A stretch of DNA of 64,000 nucleotides, taken from Balanoglossus misakiensis. Its lineage: Eukaryota > Animalia > Hemichordata. Position 1 is the stretch's first letter, and every line of letters begins with the position of its first letter. The notes beneath the pieces are model-generated. The model ran no database searches, was not told where the DNA came from, and saw only the letters and a program-made list of their open reading frames with translations. The stretch is from the NCBI GenBank assembly GCA_040954595.2, contig CM082585.2:6845808-6909807 (forward strand). Direction: 5' to 3'. Both the position numbers and the translations under genes were made by a program. Positions 1-14,200 of this stretch are shown here, piece after piece.

Positions 1-3000
1 GCCAAGAAGCTCGATGTAAGTTAATCGAGTCCTTGAATATATCTTGTTGCGTGGTTGAGCTTACTCGAAATTGCAAAGAGGTTGTGATATCCTAGAGCAC
101 TCTAGCATTGCAAACAGGTTGTGTGTCTAATTGGATTTGGACAAATGACATCAATTAATGTTGTCTTAAAGTCATGCCACAAGGCAGAAACGTGTGCTGT
201 AGTTTTACGCAATCTCAGCCATCCGTACCCATAATATGTCACGGAACATCCTGCCGGCTCCTATAAAGAAAGTGAAAGTATACTAGCCCCAGGTTGCCAG
301 AGTCATAGCAATGGTGGTCTATGGTTCAATTGATTTTAATTGGAAGGAACCATGAAATGTATGGTGTGGCAGAATGGCAAATGAACTGACCCTTTAGAGG
401 AACATTAATTCAGAGTATTTACTTAACCCTAGGCACTATGAGATGGTACATGTAGGCAGATCTTCTTAAATCTCTAGGATATAATATATTGATATCATTA
501 TACTTTGTCAAAGATAACATTGGCATGATGAAATTTTGGTATATAAATCAGAGGGTTTTCAAGAAGTCAGGAGAATGATTCAGAACATCAGGTCTTGATA
601 AAGTTGATACAGAAGTGGCTTCAATCCATTGAGATAAAATATGATAAAGCCACTTTACAATACATCCTCTAAGCACAATTTGAGAAGAAGGGACCTGTTT
701 TAATTAGCTTTTAGCAACAACTCAAACACTCAGACAAATAAAGACCAAAACTGGAAAAATGACATGGATTCTTTGAATTGTGCTTTTGCTGTAGCATTAG
801 TATACTTAAATTCTCTGTGCAGAGCAGCTTTCGTAAATCAGGTTCATATGTAAAGACGTAAGCGTTTAACATTTTCATCTTGATCAGACGACGTGGGACA
901 CTGTACTTCTGCCCTTTTGAGTGGCTTACCGCTTTCCAGTAAAAAGGTTACAGACCGGGGCAGGTATTTGGAGGGTATTTCTCACCAAAAATCAGGATGC
1001 GCTTGAATATCTGTCAGATCTAAGCTGCTTGCCACAACAGACCCGGAGGCGCCAGGTGAACTAAAGCTCCCTTGACGCACACCTTGTAAGAAAATAACTT
1101 CAGAGCTGAGTGATATATGTTTTGCACTGAAAGGCGGACAATTGGTTATGTCAGTTTGATGTAAGAAGTTCTTTGAACGGGAAGGGGGGTCGGGTTGAAA
1201 ATACTTTTTGATGTGGAAGAAAATATGCACAGCTGCATCAGTGGCACCTGCAGTATTCTATTTGGCATGTTATTTGCGCCGTGCAGTATCGCATTGCAAG
1301 ACTCTTCTGAAATTCAATTTACCGCGTGCCTTGAAGGATTAAAATCAGATGAAACGTCCAGACAGCTACTCACTTCATTTGAATTTTGCTTGGGGAGTAG
1401 ATCTGCATGTAGACGGTAATTACAATGAGGCGTACGAGTTAACCAATATTGTATGCAAGTGGGACGAAGCAGAACAAGTAATAATATGTTGGATACACAT
1501 GTAGACACGATGGAGAGAAAAAGATATGTCACTAACCATAATGACCCTTTCTAAGTTCTTGCTTGGCTACGACTGGGTGAATGATGGTCGATGGATTAGG
1601 ATGGTCAATGTCTTCAGGCTTTTTCACAGAAATTTAAATGCCGGGCTGCTTGACTATAACACTTGTATTCGAAAGTTCCCGTAAATGGACCATCCTAATG
1701 GCGCTCCCAGCACATATTCTTCTATCTCTCTATTCGATCAATTTTATGTGACGGACGCGCCGACTTGGGTCCGCCCCCGTACTTCAGAATTGTCCTTTGC
1801 AAGTCTTCTTATGGATGTAAAGTTTAACACCATTAAAGAATACGCCGGGAGTATGAAAACGATGTACAGACACTAATATCCATACTGCTGACATCAAGTG
1901 GTACAAATGTCAGAATAAAGTACAACTTCTAATAACAAAATCCACACCTAATAACCCCACATGCATTTCGAATCCCTCGGTGTACTGCGTGATATTGTGC
2001 AAACCGGACGATGGATTCGGAAATAGCCGGACAGAAGGTTTCCTGTTTCTGGCAAGCGTTGACGATGATGTGTGCAAAGTGCGATTTTCTATTTTTTTCT
2101 AGCCTTAATTTCTTTAATAGTAAACCATGACTTGATGCGACAAATTTATATGTAGGTAAAGGTTTCATATTTTAATTTTCTCTCAGCCACAACAAAATGT
2201 TTTCATATTTGCGTTTTCTTCGAGCCAAATATCGAATGACGTCAATAGGAAATTACGTTATTCGATGCGTGTGCATAAGAATACGATTAACAGAATGCTA
2301 GAAGTCAGATATGTAATCCATACTGTTGTTACATAAACGTTTTAGTTTTACATCTCTAAAATTAATCAGGCAGAAACTTACTGTCACGCGATTTGATAAA
2401 CGATGTGCATCAGCCAACCAAAACTACGTGATGCAGACAATCGCATGCGATTGACAGGGAAAACAAGGAACAGCTATTCCTCAGAGACGCAGAAATAAAA
2501 ACGTACAGAATTTTTACACATTTAATTTGACAGTCGCCGGATGAAGGCAATATTGTCTAATCTCATTTTTGCGAATTGGAATGCACCTTTGATATTTAGA
2601 TGTCGGCTAATGATTCCCACGGGTAATCTTCTCTTAAAAAAATTACTTCTGGAATATATATGCCACAGTGACCCCTAAGAGTTAAATTCCCAGAACATGT
2701 CCATAATGATTATAATATGTCTCTATGCCAACGGGTTTCCTTGTTCTACATGTGCTTGCGGCGTGAAGCATGAGAACAATCTTGGCAAAGGAACTTCATG
2801 ACCGGATGTGACATCAGAGTGATTGGCGCATTATTTTGTAGTGGCTAGAAATGGATAAGTTAATAAGCCCGTCTTTTACAGTGATATACCGTATCTTTTT
2901 GGATTAAGCTGCAATAGGCTTATTACATATACTCAAACATTACAATTAACAGGGTGAATTTAGAAACAAAGAATCAAACCTAATCTAGTAAATGAATTTA

Positions 3001-3550
3001 ACGAAAACTCAACTTGTATATTAAAACCACCAGTGACCAAAGTTTGCAGTGAAACTGGTCTATTATTAGTGATAACTCATCATCGCTTGTAGATTCGCGA
3101 AGGCCTCGAGCATCAAGGAAAATAATGATTTCTAGTTAATGACCAAGTATCGGGTGTTAGGCAAGATTCAACACCCCAGGTCAACATTTTTGAACATCAA
3201 AGTCGAGGGGCTGTTAGTCCTTAGTCCTGAATGTAATGCCTTGGCCGTAATGAGGCAGATGTTATCACCAAAGGTAAATTACTTTCTGGAAATGACCCCT
3301 GAGTCATGAAATCCAAGATGTATACTGAAGTTCACCAGTAGAGCTAGATGGTTATCCTTCACACAAAAAAGCGGTCAGCTAAGTGGGGCAAGTAATCCTT
3401 ATCTCGTTCGAGTTCTGAATCAGTATTCTGGAAAGGGAGGGCTCATTGTGGCTTTCCATGCACAATGTGTGGCTAGCACTTTTATAAATTTACCCAAGGG
3501 GTGCTATTGGACACTACACCTTTGACATTTCACACCGCCAGTTTTTACAA

Positions 3551-3661
3551 GTGAATAAATGTGCACATAAAACTGAACGTTGTTTAATTTCTAGATTTAA
3601 ACTTGTGAATAAATGTGCACATAAAACTGAACGTTGTTTAATTTCTAGATTTAAACTTGTG
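3551..3661. repeat. Perfect tandem duplication of a 54-bp unit
   Basis: GTGAATAAATGTGCACATAAAACTGAACGTTGTTTAATTTCTAGATTTAAACTT at 3551-3604 and 3605-3658, followed by GTG. Confidence 0.95.
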
Positions 3662-6600
3662 GATTTCGCCCACACAATGCTTAACACATACCCTGGTGGA
3701 ATTATGTTTGCCTTTCCAAAGGCGACACTAACCCATATGCACATGGCCATTCAGAGCCCCTGGTAAATTACTAATGACGTACATTGAGTCGGTCTCACCT
3801 GTTAACCTCAAGAATCTATACATTGTTTCCTCAACTAAGTATACATTGTACTTTTACCACACAAATGCAGGTAGCAGTGTATTAACTCAAATCCTTCCTT
3901 TGTCACAGAGAATGAACCTCTTACAGTCAGCCTAATACAGGAAAGATAAGGATTTAATTCAACTGAGGGGAAATCAGGGTAATAATCCATTCACTTTGCT
4001 AGTTTTCGCAATTTTCTTAGGTGACACGCATCCAAAATACTGACAAATAATGAAGAAAACTTAAAGACTTTGTCGGAGCAGATGTTTGTGGAAACTTCAC
4101 AGCCCTGCTGAAATTGTCCGAACTCAATCATCTGCTGTCTAAAGTCGAGGAACTGTGTACATGTCTTACCATCAGAAGTTCTAATGGGTACATGTACAGT
4201 CTGATTTGTCAGTGCAGTTGTTCAAATGGATGGCCCTGATGAAATGGCATAAAGTACATTATGCTGAAAGGGTAAAGTCGCCGATCTGAAGTATATCTTG
4301 GTATAATGATTCCTGTAATTTAAACTAGTCTCTTTATAGCATTTCACTCCAATAAGTGCATCGTTCTGCAATGTTGAAGACTCAATCCCTACCAATATGG
4401 CATTGTGCTTGTGATGTAGGTCATAAATACGTATTACGTTCGAGCCAACACTGATTGCCAACTCAAGCCCAATTGCACTGTTAAACGTCTCGAATTTACT
4501 TGGTTTAATGTGCATCAGAGGCAATCTGAGTGTACTTTTTCAGAAACAATGCCGCGAGGTCACCATCTTTAACAAACCAATTACTGGCAAAGTCTCAAGA
4601 CTCGTGGCAGGTGTAAAAAGCATCTTTTCTTACAGAGCAATTTCACGGTCTGTTGATGCCAGTTTTCCATTTCCCAATAAACATTTTGGAATGACGTCAT
4701 ACTCCTGTTGCGATGGCATCCAACAGTTGGGAGAAAAAGTCGTTGTCACACTCACAGGATAAATATGTATATGCACGAGAAGAGTCTTTTAATACTAAGT
4801 TATAGGATTAGACCTTCTGAATCCAGTGGTTGGAGCCTAAATTCCACATTGTTGCTCCATGACAAATACACACTATCACGGAAATTACTTTCTTTGGATC
4901 TTCTGCCGAAGACACCAGGTTGTATCTGCTTGGCCTTTCAATATTGTGTCTACACAAAGAACTTCTTGATGCAGCCCTGAATGTGGCCGAGATTTAGGAT
5001 TGAAGCCCCATTTACGTTAAGAGCCCCATTGGCAATTTAATAACTTGAGCTCTATCAGGATATCATTTGAATTCCGGTAAACCACACACAGCCATCCCAC
5101 TTTATCCGCAAGCAGTTTGTACTGAAGGGATTTCGTACAGAGAGGATTACCGGTAACGACAGGCGATGGTGAATTAATAGTATTCTGTGTCACCAAAGTA
5201 TTCCGAAATCTGTCTTTTGAACAAATAAATTGCTTTCTGTGTTTGATTCTTACACATGTGAAATATGCATATCTCTACATGTAGTAATGGACTGGTGTAC
5301 ACAGTGGCCAGAAAATGTTGCAATTCAGAAACAAGGATGCCACGTACTGTTTCCCTCCGATGCGTATCACTTGGTCGAGTTAACAATGTTTTCACACATT
5401 GCATCCAATGTAACGTAACTAGTGTGAATCCTCAGTAAGCAAAATGTGAGTTTACCAGCAGGGAAAAACTAATACATGGATTCAATCTGCTTAGAATCAC
5501 TGAGTGTATATGATATCAATCCACAGGGTGTGTAAATTGCTTCTTTTAGAGACATTAAAATTAAATCTTGAAGATCGGGTGATGGGATTTCACTGAATGA
5601 TGTGAATTATGCATTAGGAAGACCCTGCTAATATTCGTATGTGCAGCGATATAAATGTCACCAGACACCACTCATTTAAGATGTATAGCTCACTCAAAGT
5701 GATCACGACTTGAGATAAAATGATATTATGCACTAGTGCGTGGCCTCGGGTGCTACAGGATATCAATCCTCTTAATTTATGAATGCTGCGTTTTTCTCCT
5801 GAATAAGGGCACATTCCTACAGGGTAATTCTTTAAAAAGGCATGTCTAGTTTGTTGCTAGGACAATCAGAGCTCATCACCATGGTCACTGTCAACCATAC
5901 TACCCGTTGCCGTTGGCAAGTACCGGGTAGTGTTCACAAGATTCATTGATCTTACTATCGCAGGGCAAATTTACACGCTGTTTCTAACCGCATTTCCCTG
6001 TCTTCAAAACTAGTTTTTCTGTCTTAGAAAACGTGTCGCCACAAACGCGTGACCTTGGTAATGTTATTACCTTTGCTAGTTGAGCGATCGTGTCTGCAAA
6101 ACAGTTTATTGTGAAACATACGTAAAATGAAAAGTTATTATACACCGAATGGTTTGAGGTCAAATCGCTACCTTAAGTAGCTGTTATCTCATGCTGGAGT
6201 CCAATCACATTATGATAATTGCATTGTGGGTAAAAAGTCGACAACTCACTGTAATAAGAGTTCGAAGAAATGGCATTTGAAAAATAATTCCATGACTTCC
6301 GTTGGTCAAAAATTCTGTCACATTTAGCAACTTTTTTTCCTGCAATGTCCCAGTATTACCCAAAATAAATTAGCTTATGAACTTCCATTTGTCAGACATT
6401 CCAAAAGTCCGCCATCTTGAAATTGTGTCGACCGTATGAGATATTAATCACTCTCTTAGGTACACTATTAAAATCAATTAAGGTACGTAGTGGGAATTGG
6501 TTGTGTAATGTTGTGCGTGCGTGTTTAAAATATCCACAGTACGTCCCTAATGAAGGTACGCGTCTTTGAAAAGTTGGCTATCTGTGTAGCGTCCATATAT

Positions 6601-9600
6601 ACATTTGTAGGATGTGTATTGATCCCTGGGGGTTAATTACCGTTCGATGCCAAGGGGCGTTGTTCCCAGTACCGCCAATCTCTTGGTTACATGAAATGCA
6701 TGCCCATGATACAGTCCTTGGAGACTATGAACTGTCAGAAAACCTTCAGAAAACAAATTCTAAAAGTAAAAGACTGGCAGATGTGTTTTGGGATTACTTT
6801 ATACGATACCCCTGAATTCCTTTCGACTGATCAATGCAACTGTGGGATCACTGAGCAAGTTCTAGATCTCTTAATACCACCTTTCAATCAGTGCGCCTTG
6901 ATAACACCATTAATATTCAAATTTGATAAAGACTTCAAAGAAAGATAAGTTGCCAAATTAATTTCTTCTCCGATAGGCTTTATCACACCATGATTGACAC
7001 TAATTGCACGATACGCAACCACATACGGTGAATCACCTGAAAATAGAACGTGTCCCCATTCAGGACCATAGATTTCATCACAGTTTCATGAACCATGGAA
7101 AATGGCGATCTGGCCAGATTTTCGTTGGATGGCAGCGCGGCCGAAAAAATAGTTGCCGCAAGAACATTAGAAGTTTAGACACATACGGTGATACATGTGT
7201 GTTATTTTGACGTGATTGTATTCCTCTAAATGTAGGAACTGTTCAAATCGTTTTCTTGGTAAACAAGACCTCACGGATGACGACGCTGTCCCCCTTTGAG
7301 AATTGAAAAGATTGGATGCAAAATGTCAAGGTATCAGGTTCATTGTCTTTTCAAGAAAGATAATTGAAATCGTTTCAGGCACGGCCAGGAAGGGATGGTA
7401 GTTACACACCTAATGAAACCTGTTAGCATGCTGTCTTCTCTTCGAGTGTGTGGGATTAAATTAGGGGATGGTGTTCTGTCCTTGAACCAAAGGCAAATGA
7501 CGAACATACCACGATTTCAGACGTAGTGTCCATGTAAGTTGAACCACCAGGATCAAGATACATGTACAAATAACCATAAACGATGCCAAAAATACACAAA
7601 AGACAGCAGAGCTAAACACTATAGAAAACAAACCTTGACACAAAGTTTGCATGAAACCCAGTCTTAGACTTGTCCATTTACAGGTTCATGATTTCCATTA
7701 AGGTGCATGTTAACCACAGATATGTTCCACATTGCAATCTCGATTTTCAAGTTCGCAACAGAGAAACTTAAAGGGAAGGGTTGTCAAAACACGTGATCAA
7801 TCCAAAATGCTTTTAAAGTGCACAGTACTGACAGATAAGTATTAAAATGAGCCATTTTCTCTGAGCAGGTGGCGTAAAGAAGTACTACACGCGTATCTGA
7901 TTGCCATCAAAGACTCAGCGAAAGGCCGCTCTAAGTACTATGAAACATGAGAAAAAAAAGATACTGGATCGCTCTGCATTTATGAAAGGGAATTCGAAAC
8001 AACTACCTACTATAGGCTGTGTTTGAAAAGTGTTAGAAGTATTTGCATGATAGTGCCACTATCACTGTGCACACATTATTTTAGCGGGACTAACTTTTCT
8101 TTTAATACAGACACGAGACCGTTGACAATGATATGACCGTACAACTTACCTTTGTTATTAGGAATTCATACGGTTGTTGCTCAGATTTGCACCAAGTACA
8201 CGTCAATGTAGTTACTTCACTTTGTCAAGTTGTTGCGCCAAGAGTAGGTCCTCTATTAGATCGTATTTCCTAAAGCAGGTTAACGAAGTCAATTTTTAGT
8301 TTTAATAAAGTGTAGGATTTCCGTATGTTCTTGAAAGAGAATGATGACTTTCAGTAATTCAGATCGCAGTAGCTTTATTCTTTAAGCTATCGGGTCCAAT
8401 TTGTTCCTATTATCCCTGATCGTTCTCTGAAACCGTATGATATTTGATATCTGGTGGAAATGGAACACATCAGGAGAAACGTGAACTTCACCCATTCATA
8501 TCTTCGCCTGCCAAAGTTTTGCGCTCCAAAAAATTGCTTGCTGGGGAAACTGTGCACGTGGTCGAGCCAACAACCTGTGCGAGCGGACGATGCCCATTCA
8601 TCATTCATGCACGCACTTTTCCCTATCATTTCATGTCGACAGTCCTTCCTTCTGTATCATGCCTGTAATTGTTGGTTGATTGTAAATGAAAGGCGCTTAG
8701 AAACACTCCTGACATGAATCATGAATGCAATTTTATTTTAGCCGATGATCACATATTACAAATAACTCTAAGGACACGGCCACACTGTTTAGGATTAAAG
8801 ACATGAATTTTATTTAATTAAACTGTAAATGGGACATACACAGACTTGTCATATTTGCAAATGTAGGCAAATGAATAAAAACAAGAACTGATTTGAGGTT
8901 TCACCCGTAAACATTGAACGAGATCCAGACTAATTAAAACAGTTCAGACCAAGTTTTAGACATTACCTTTTCCTCTTTTGTCTTTTTCAAACGCTCGTTC
9001 TTTATTTTTCATATTACTTTACTCAGTCTCGAAGAACTGTCAGACAGTAAAGGAAATCCGATGACATAATAAAATATCTTGAAACTTAGTTCGTCTATTT
9101 ATCAAAAAGTAGACTTTGCAAATGCGTAGGTGTTTTGACTGTGATACGACAAACAATCAATCTAATTAAATATAGGCGTCCAGATATTAAAAAAACAACA
9201 GAACGCGATAATGCGTATTTCGATTTATGGTTCACTGTGCAAAGTATTAACGAGATAATAGAAAACAACTCTGTTTTCTTCCACCAATTCGCACAATGCC
9301 ACCCTTGGTATTTCCAAGTGCTGAAGTTGAAGTGATACACTAATGCAAATTTTAATGGAGATGAACATGTGACGACGTTGTGCCCACTACCTACGCATTA
9401 TTCCAAATGATTATCTATCAAAACTTCATTAGCACACCATTAGGTGCTAATATTGTGGTGACCTTGTATCTAGATGAATCCCAGTGACACGTTTTCACAA
9501 CACTGAATGCTTCAGATCTTCTCCGTTCCATGTATAGAAATCTTTTTGTAATGCAAGTGGTGAGATAACCTTGGCCGTATCAATTCCTATTGAAGCAAAT

Positions 9601-11034
9601 CAGTCATCTAAATCGAGTTAAAACGTTGTTTTCCACATTGTAAACAGGGATAAAATGGAATCCAAAAATTTGATGATTCATCTTTTGCGTAGAGATGTTT
9701 GACCTAAATGTACGTGGTATGAACTGTTGCTATAAATCTCAAAGTTTCTGCAATCAGGGTTTTCCTGATTACTTCAGAACCCCCACGTGAGATGTCATCA
9801 TTCTGTTATTAAGTACCTCTGCTGTGATTTCTTAAAATACATAAATGAGTAGTTACCACTTTTCATCAATAGCTACACAACTCACTGGCATATATGAACA
9901 ATTGGCCAGTTTGGCTGGGCTGTTTTCTGTGTAATATTTGCTATAAAGACTATGCAGTCAATATTACATTTCTGTTTTGCTGTAATTGATGAGAAAACAT
10001 GGATACATATTGTAAAGGAAAAGCTTTCGCCTTTTCTAATTGTACCTGGTACATAACACAACCATACATATGTGGAAAGTTGAGATTGATGGAATAAACA
10101 TCCTTTTATATTGTCATTAAATAGTTAACTCACCATTGTGGGAGACATAAGTCACATAACATCAATCAGTGGAAAATGTGCGTTTATCGATAATCATGAT
10201 AATTACGATGTATCATAAAAGAAGCTTGGTAGTGGAAGATGCGAAAAACTACTCAGGATGGTGCATTAAATTTCTGCAATCAGTATAACGCCAATTACGT
10301 GTATGGATAAAATGCAACCTTTCTGTTGCCCCCACATCATAGGCGTCATGTCTTTATACAAAAACGCAATGTGTGGAAGTGCGTTTCCGTACAAATTGAT
10401 CCTCAGTGGAACCGAACTCGCTGATGGATGCCACGTTTCGCCCAATTAAAGACGCGTAACCCGTATACATCCTTTGCCATCAGCGTTCAGGAAATCGAAT
10501 GAGGTGGAGGGATTCCCGGGTTGTGAAATGAATTCGAGCATCTGTATACACCTGAGAAAATCTGTCACTTTTTCGAATAACCGCAGTTCCACTGGGTGAC
10601 AGTCAGACCAGGCGTTTCCCCTGGAGATGCGACTGCTGTCAATGCCACTGAAAGCAGGCCAGTTAAGGTCGTAATCGCAGACCGTCAATCAGGAAAAGAA
10701 AAACATGTTTGGTGTGACTTTTTATGACCCGTAACATACTTCGCCAAATATAAAAGGAAGGTTTAGATGTTTCTTGAAAAGTGGTGTGCAAGATTGCTAA
10801 TTCCTCTGAGATATAAAAGCGAGGATAGCTGGCACCAAAACCACATGCAGTCTGCATGTTGCACACAGATAAAATTGACATAAAATGCTAACTAATGTAC
10901 TATTACCGTATTTCTTTCGGTAACTGGTCTGTGTAGATAAAATCACTTCATTATGTCAGCCATTTGAATCTAAATATACATTCATAAATGGTGTGTACCA
11001 GTTATTATAATAATGAGCGTGCCATTTAACCCTA

Positions 11035-11292
11035 TCATGCCAAAAGTTCGGGCACTAAATGGTCCATTTTGCCGTTCCCGTGTTTCGTCGATCTGGGTTG
11101 TACGTCGAGTGCCAGTTTCGAGGAATTCTTGGAGGAACGCTGTGACTTGCGTAGGAACGACATGGAGGAGATGGAAAATGTCCTTGTCCGCATGCTGGAC
11201 TGACTGCTCAGACTTCGAGAACGTTTCGACTTGGCCTGTCCCTGTCGTAACCACGAGCGTGAAGAGCGGTTTATCATTGATTTCAAGTCGTT
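11035..11292 (-). CDS. GPCR terminal exon 4 (helix 8 and Ser/Arg-rich C-tail)
   Basis: Acceptor TTGTTTTCCACACAG|AAC in phase 0; NDLKSMINRSSRSW...VPELLA-stop continues helix 8. Confidence 0.8.
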   Translation of the reverse strand, partial: NDLKSMINRSSRSWLRQGQAKSKRSRSLSSQSSMRTRTFSISSMSFLRKSQRSSKNSSKLALDVQPRSTKHGNGKMDHLVPELLA

Positions 11293-14200
11293 CTGTGTGG
11301 AAAACAATCAAAGTACATACAATCACTGTAGCCATATAGATACATGTAATTATAATGTGATTTTTGTACTACGAAACATTCAGTTGGTGAACATTTCTGA
11401 TTCACTAAACTCTACATCACCATATGCCACTTTTATCATTCAGCAGAGGCATAGAACATTGTATGCTCAAGCATGAGGATGCATACATTACAAGATATTT
11501 ATTACCCCAATATATACAAGGGTATATAAGAGGTATGCTTTCTTATGTGACATTATAAGGTGCATTCATTCGTAAACGATTTCATGAGTTAGCATAAACA
11601 TATCTGCTTTACTTGTTAGTATGGCCGTTTGTTGAGAAGCTAATTACACTGACAATTTCATAAAACTATCCAAAGCAGAACAAAAAGCCGGAGCTAATAC
11701 ATGTGGAAACATACTGTTCAGAATAGCCAGCATTTGGTTTACTGGGGTTTTAACTTTACTCATACACTGGAAACTGCTGAGGGTCGCCGCAGACCATGGG
11801 GGGGGGGGGGGGGGGGGAACGTACCCTGAAACCCTCGTTGAAGAAACCATAGATGAACGGATTGACGAAGCTGTGAGCCATGGCAATCCACAGAATGATG
11901 CAGTTCGCCACTCGCATCTTATCCTGGTATTCGATCTCGGTGTACAGCCATGGATAGGCGATGGTGACGAACTTGAAGACGTGCACCGGTAGCCAACAGA
12001 TGGCAAACATGGCGACAATTATAACCAGCATCTTGATCACCTAATGTAGACCGTAAACAAATTGTGAGTCGTTTAATACAAGTGTTAATTATTGAAAGAT
12101 TTAGGAAACCAAAATAGACAATTCTTAAATGATCCAAAGCAAATCATATGTATACTTTTCAAACACTGAATTTTCTGAAATGCGGTCATTTAGCTGTCGG
12201 CAGGCAGAATGTTCCTATAAACTCATTGCATTGATTTCGTGCCAATCATACGCACAACGTTAGCATGTGGTCCAGCTTCCCTTCGATGAAATGTATTTGT
12301 TTCCTATATACCAGCTGGGAGTTTTAGTGGGTACATCCCGAGGAAAAAAAAAGGAAAGGTGGCATATTATGTAGAATGGGCGTATTTAACTTGCCTGTGC
12401 CAGTTTCCTTGGAAACGTACATTTTATTTGACCTAATGTGGCCTTTTCGTGCTCAGGTCGTGTTTGCTGAAGGGATTCATGCCTGTTACCTGGACTGGTT
12501 TTTTTCAAAGCCACATTTCTCATCAGGCCAACATGGGAATGCCCATAAGCATATATTCCTATTGAGGTTACGTACTTTATCAACAAGCAAATTATACGGT
12601 AGATGGTTTTGATGTTTGTTTCACCAAATTATTTTTGAAGTACGAGATAAACAAACACGTCTAAAATTGAGAAATTGTGTCAGCCTTGGCACATTTTTTC
12701 AAAATGAGCACACACGTGTTTACACAATGTTCAAGTTCACTGGATTCTTTGTGGTACGAAAGATGATATTTGAACATGTGATATGTCCTGTGGTGATACC
12801 TTTACGTGAGTCACGGGTGGCTAGTACATCCAACCGTGTGCACTCCACGATCACAGAGAGCCTTTATTTTCACAAATGTCCCATTTATTGGACAGAAATA
12901 TCAGCTATTGTCGAGGAATAACGTTTAGTCGATGTGTTTAGATTTGCGCTCTGCTGCCACCATTTGCCAAGAACGCAAAAATACCATAAAAGAACCGTTG
13001 TATTTCTAGTTCATGTTTTATGCAGAGATCATTTGGGTTCCTGCTCAGATCTGGTGTTGGGCTAGGGTCATTCCTAATAGACTGGACTGAAATTAATAAC
13101 CATACAGCAAGCGCTATACTACATAATAGTATCACTGATAAGAAGTATTTCAAGCATGTATGCCTTTAATCAGGAATTACTTTGAATGTAATCAGGATAA
13201 TGATTTTGCACACTACATAAAATGTTCGCCAAGTTTTTGAGTAGATTTTAAATAGCAATTCCACCGTAAAAAAAATACTGACTTTTACACACACCAGAGA
13301 ATAAGCAGTAACGAAGCCAATCTGTGAGATTCTTTGAAATATATATGTCTTTTAAAAATATGATCAGGAAAGCCAGTGAAATTTATTCTGCTTGCCGGCT
13401 CATTATAATAATGACCGCCTCTGAGTGATATGTGACCCAAACTTATAACGATCCCCTGAAATTGATTGTTCAAATTAAGTCACCCATACCTTTTTCTTTG
13501 CCCTGGTTTGACTCTGATCTCTGTTCGTGTCGGCGTTACCGGGTATGGTTCTCCCCCAAAGGCGAACACCGATGCGCAGATAGGTGAAGCACAGTATAAA
13601 GAGAGGTGTGGTGTATGTGACCATGATGAAGAAGATCTCGTAGGCTTTGGCGAACTGGAAGTTTGGAAAGCCCTCGCTGCAGAAGTATATGTACCTGCCG
13701 TCGTAGTACACCTCGTCCACCCGGGTGAAGATGGTCTGGATGGTCGCCAGGGAGATGGCAATCACCCAGATGCAGACGAAGACGACTTTGCCCCGGTTTT
13801 TGGTGACCCGGACTGTGAGTGGGTATATCACGGCGAAGTAGCGATCAATCCCGACCGCTGTCAGTGTGCAGATACTAACGATGACAGACACCTGCAAGGG
13901 AAAGAATCGTGAATTACACTTCAAAAAAAAAAACCCTGAGTATTTTTAACTTATGACGCAGATGCTCACAGAAAAATAGACAGAACTGTCTATCAGATCA
14001 GATGTGACGTAGGGCCGCTTACGTTAATGGAAGTAAACGCATGTCAAATATAAGTCAGGTTTTTGAAAATTCCAAGATTATTACGAAAGATGAAGGCCCG
14101 CCGCCGCGGTAAAAAAGCGGAAAGATCAGAAGGAATTTATTTTTTCTGACATGTGACTCTTAGTAGTACTTTAAACCCCTTGTTAGTCTTGTGTCTTGAG

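Noticed and set aside
300-800. Possible decayed LINE endonuclease (DFN-like string)
   Set aside because: The match is too short and fragmented to distinguish from chance.
3551-3766. ORF with an 18-aa repeat, or a CRISPR-like array
   Set aside because: Explained by the 54-bp tandem duplication; there are no spacers and the context is eukaryotic.
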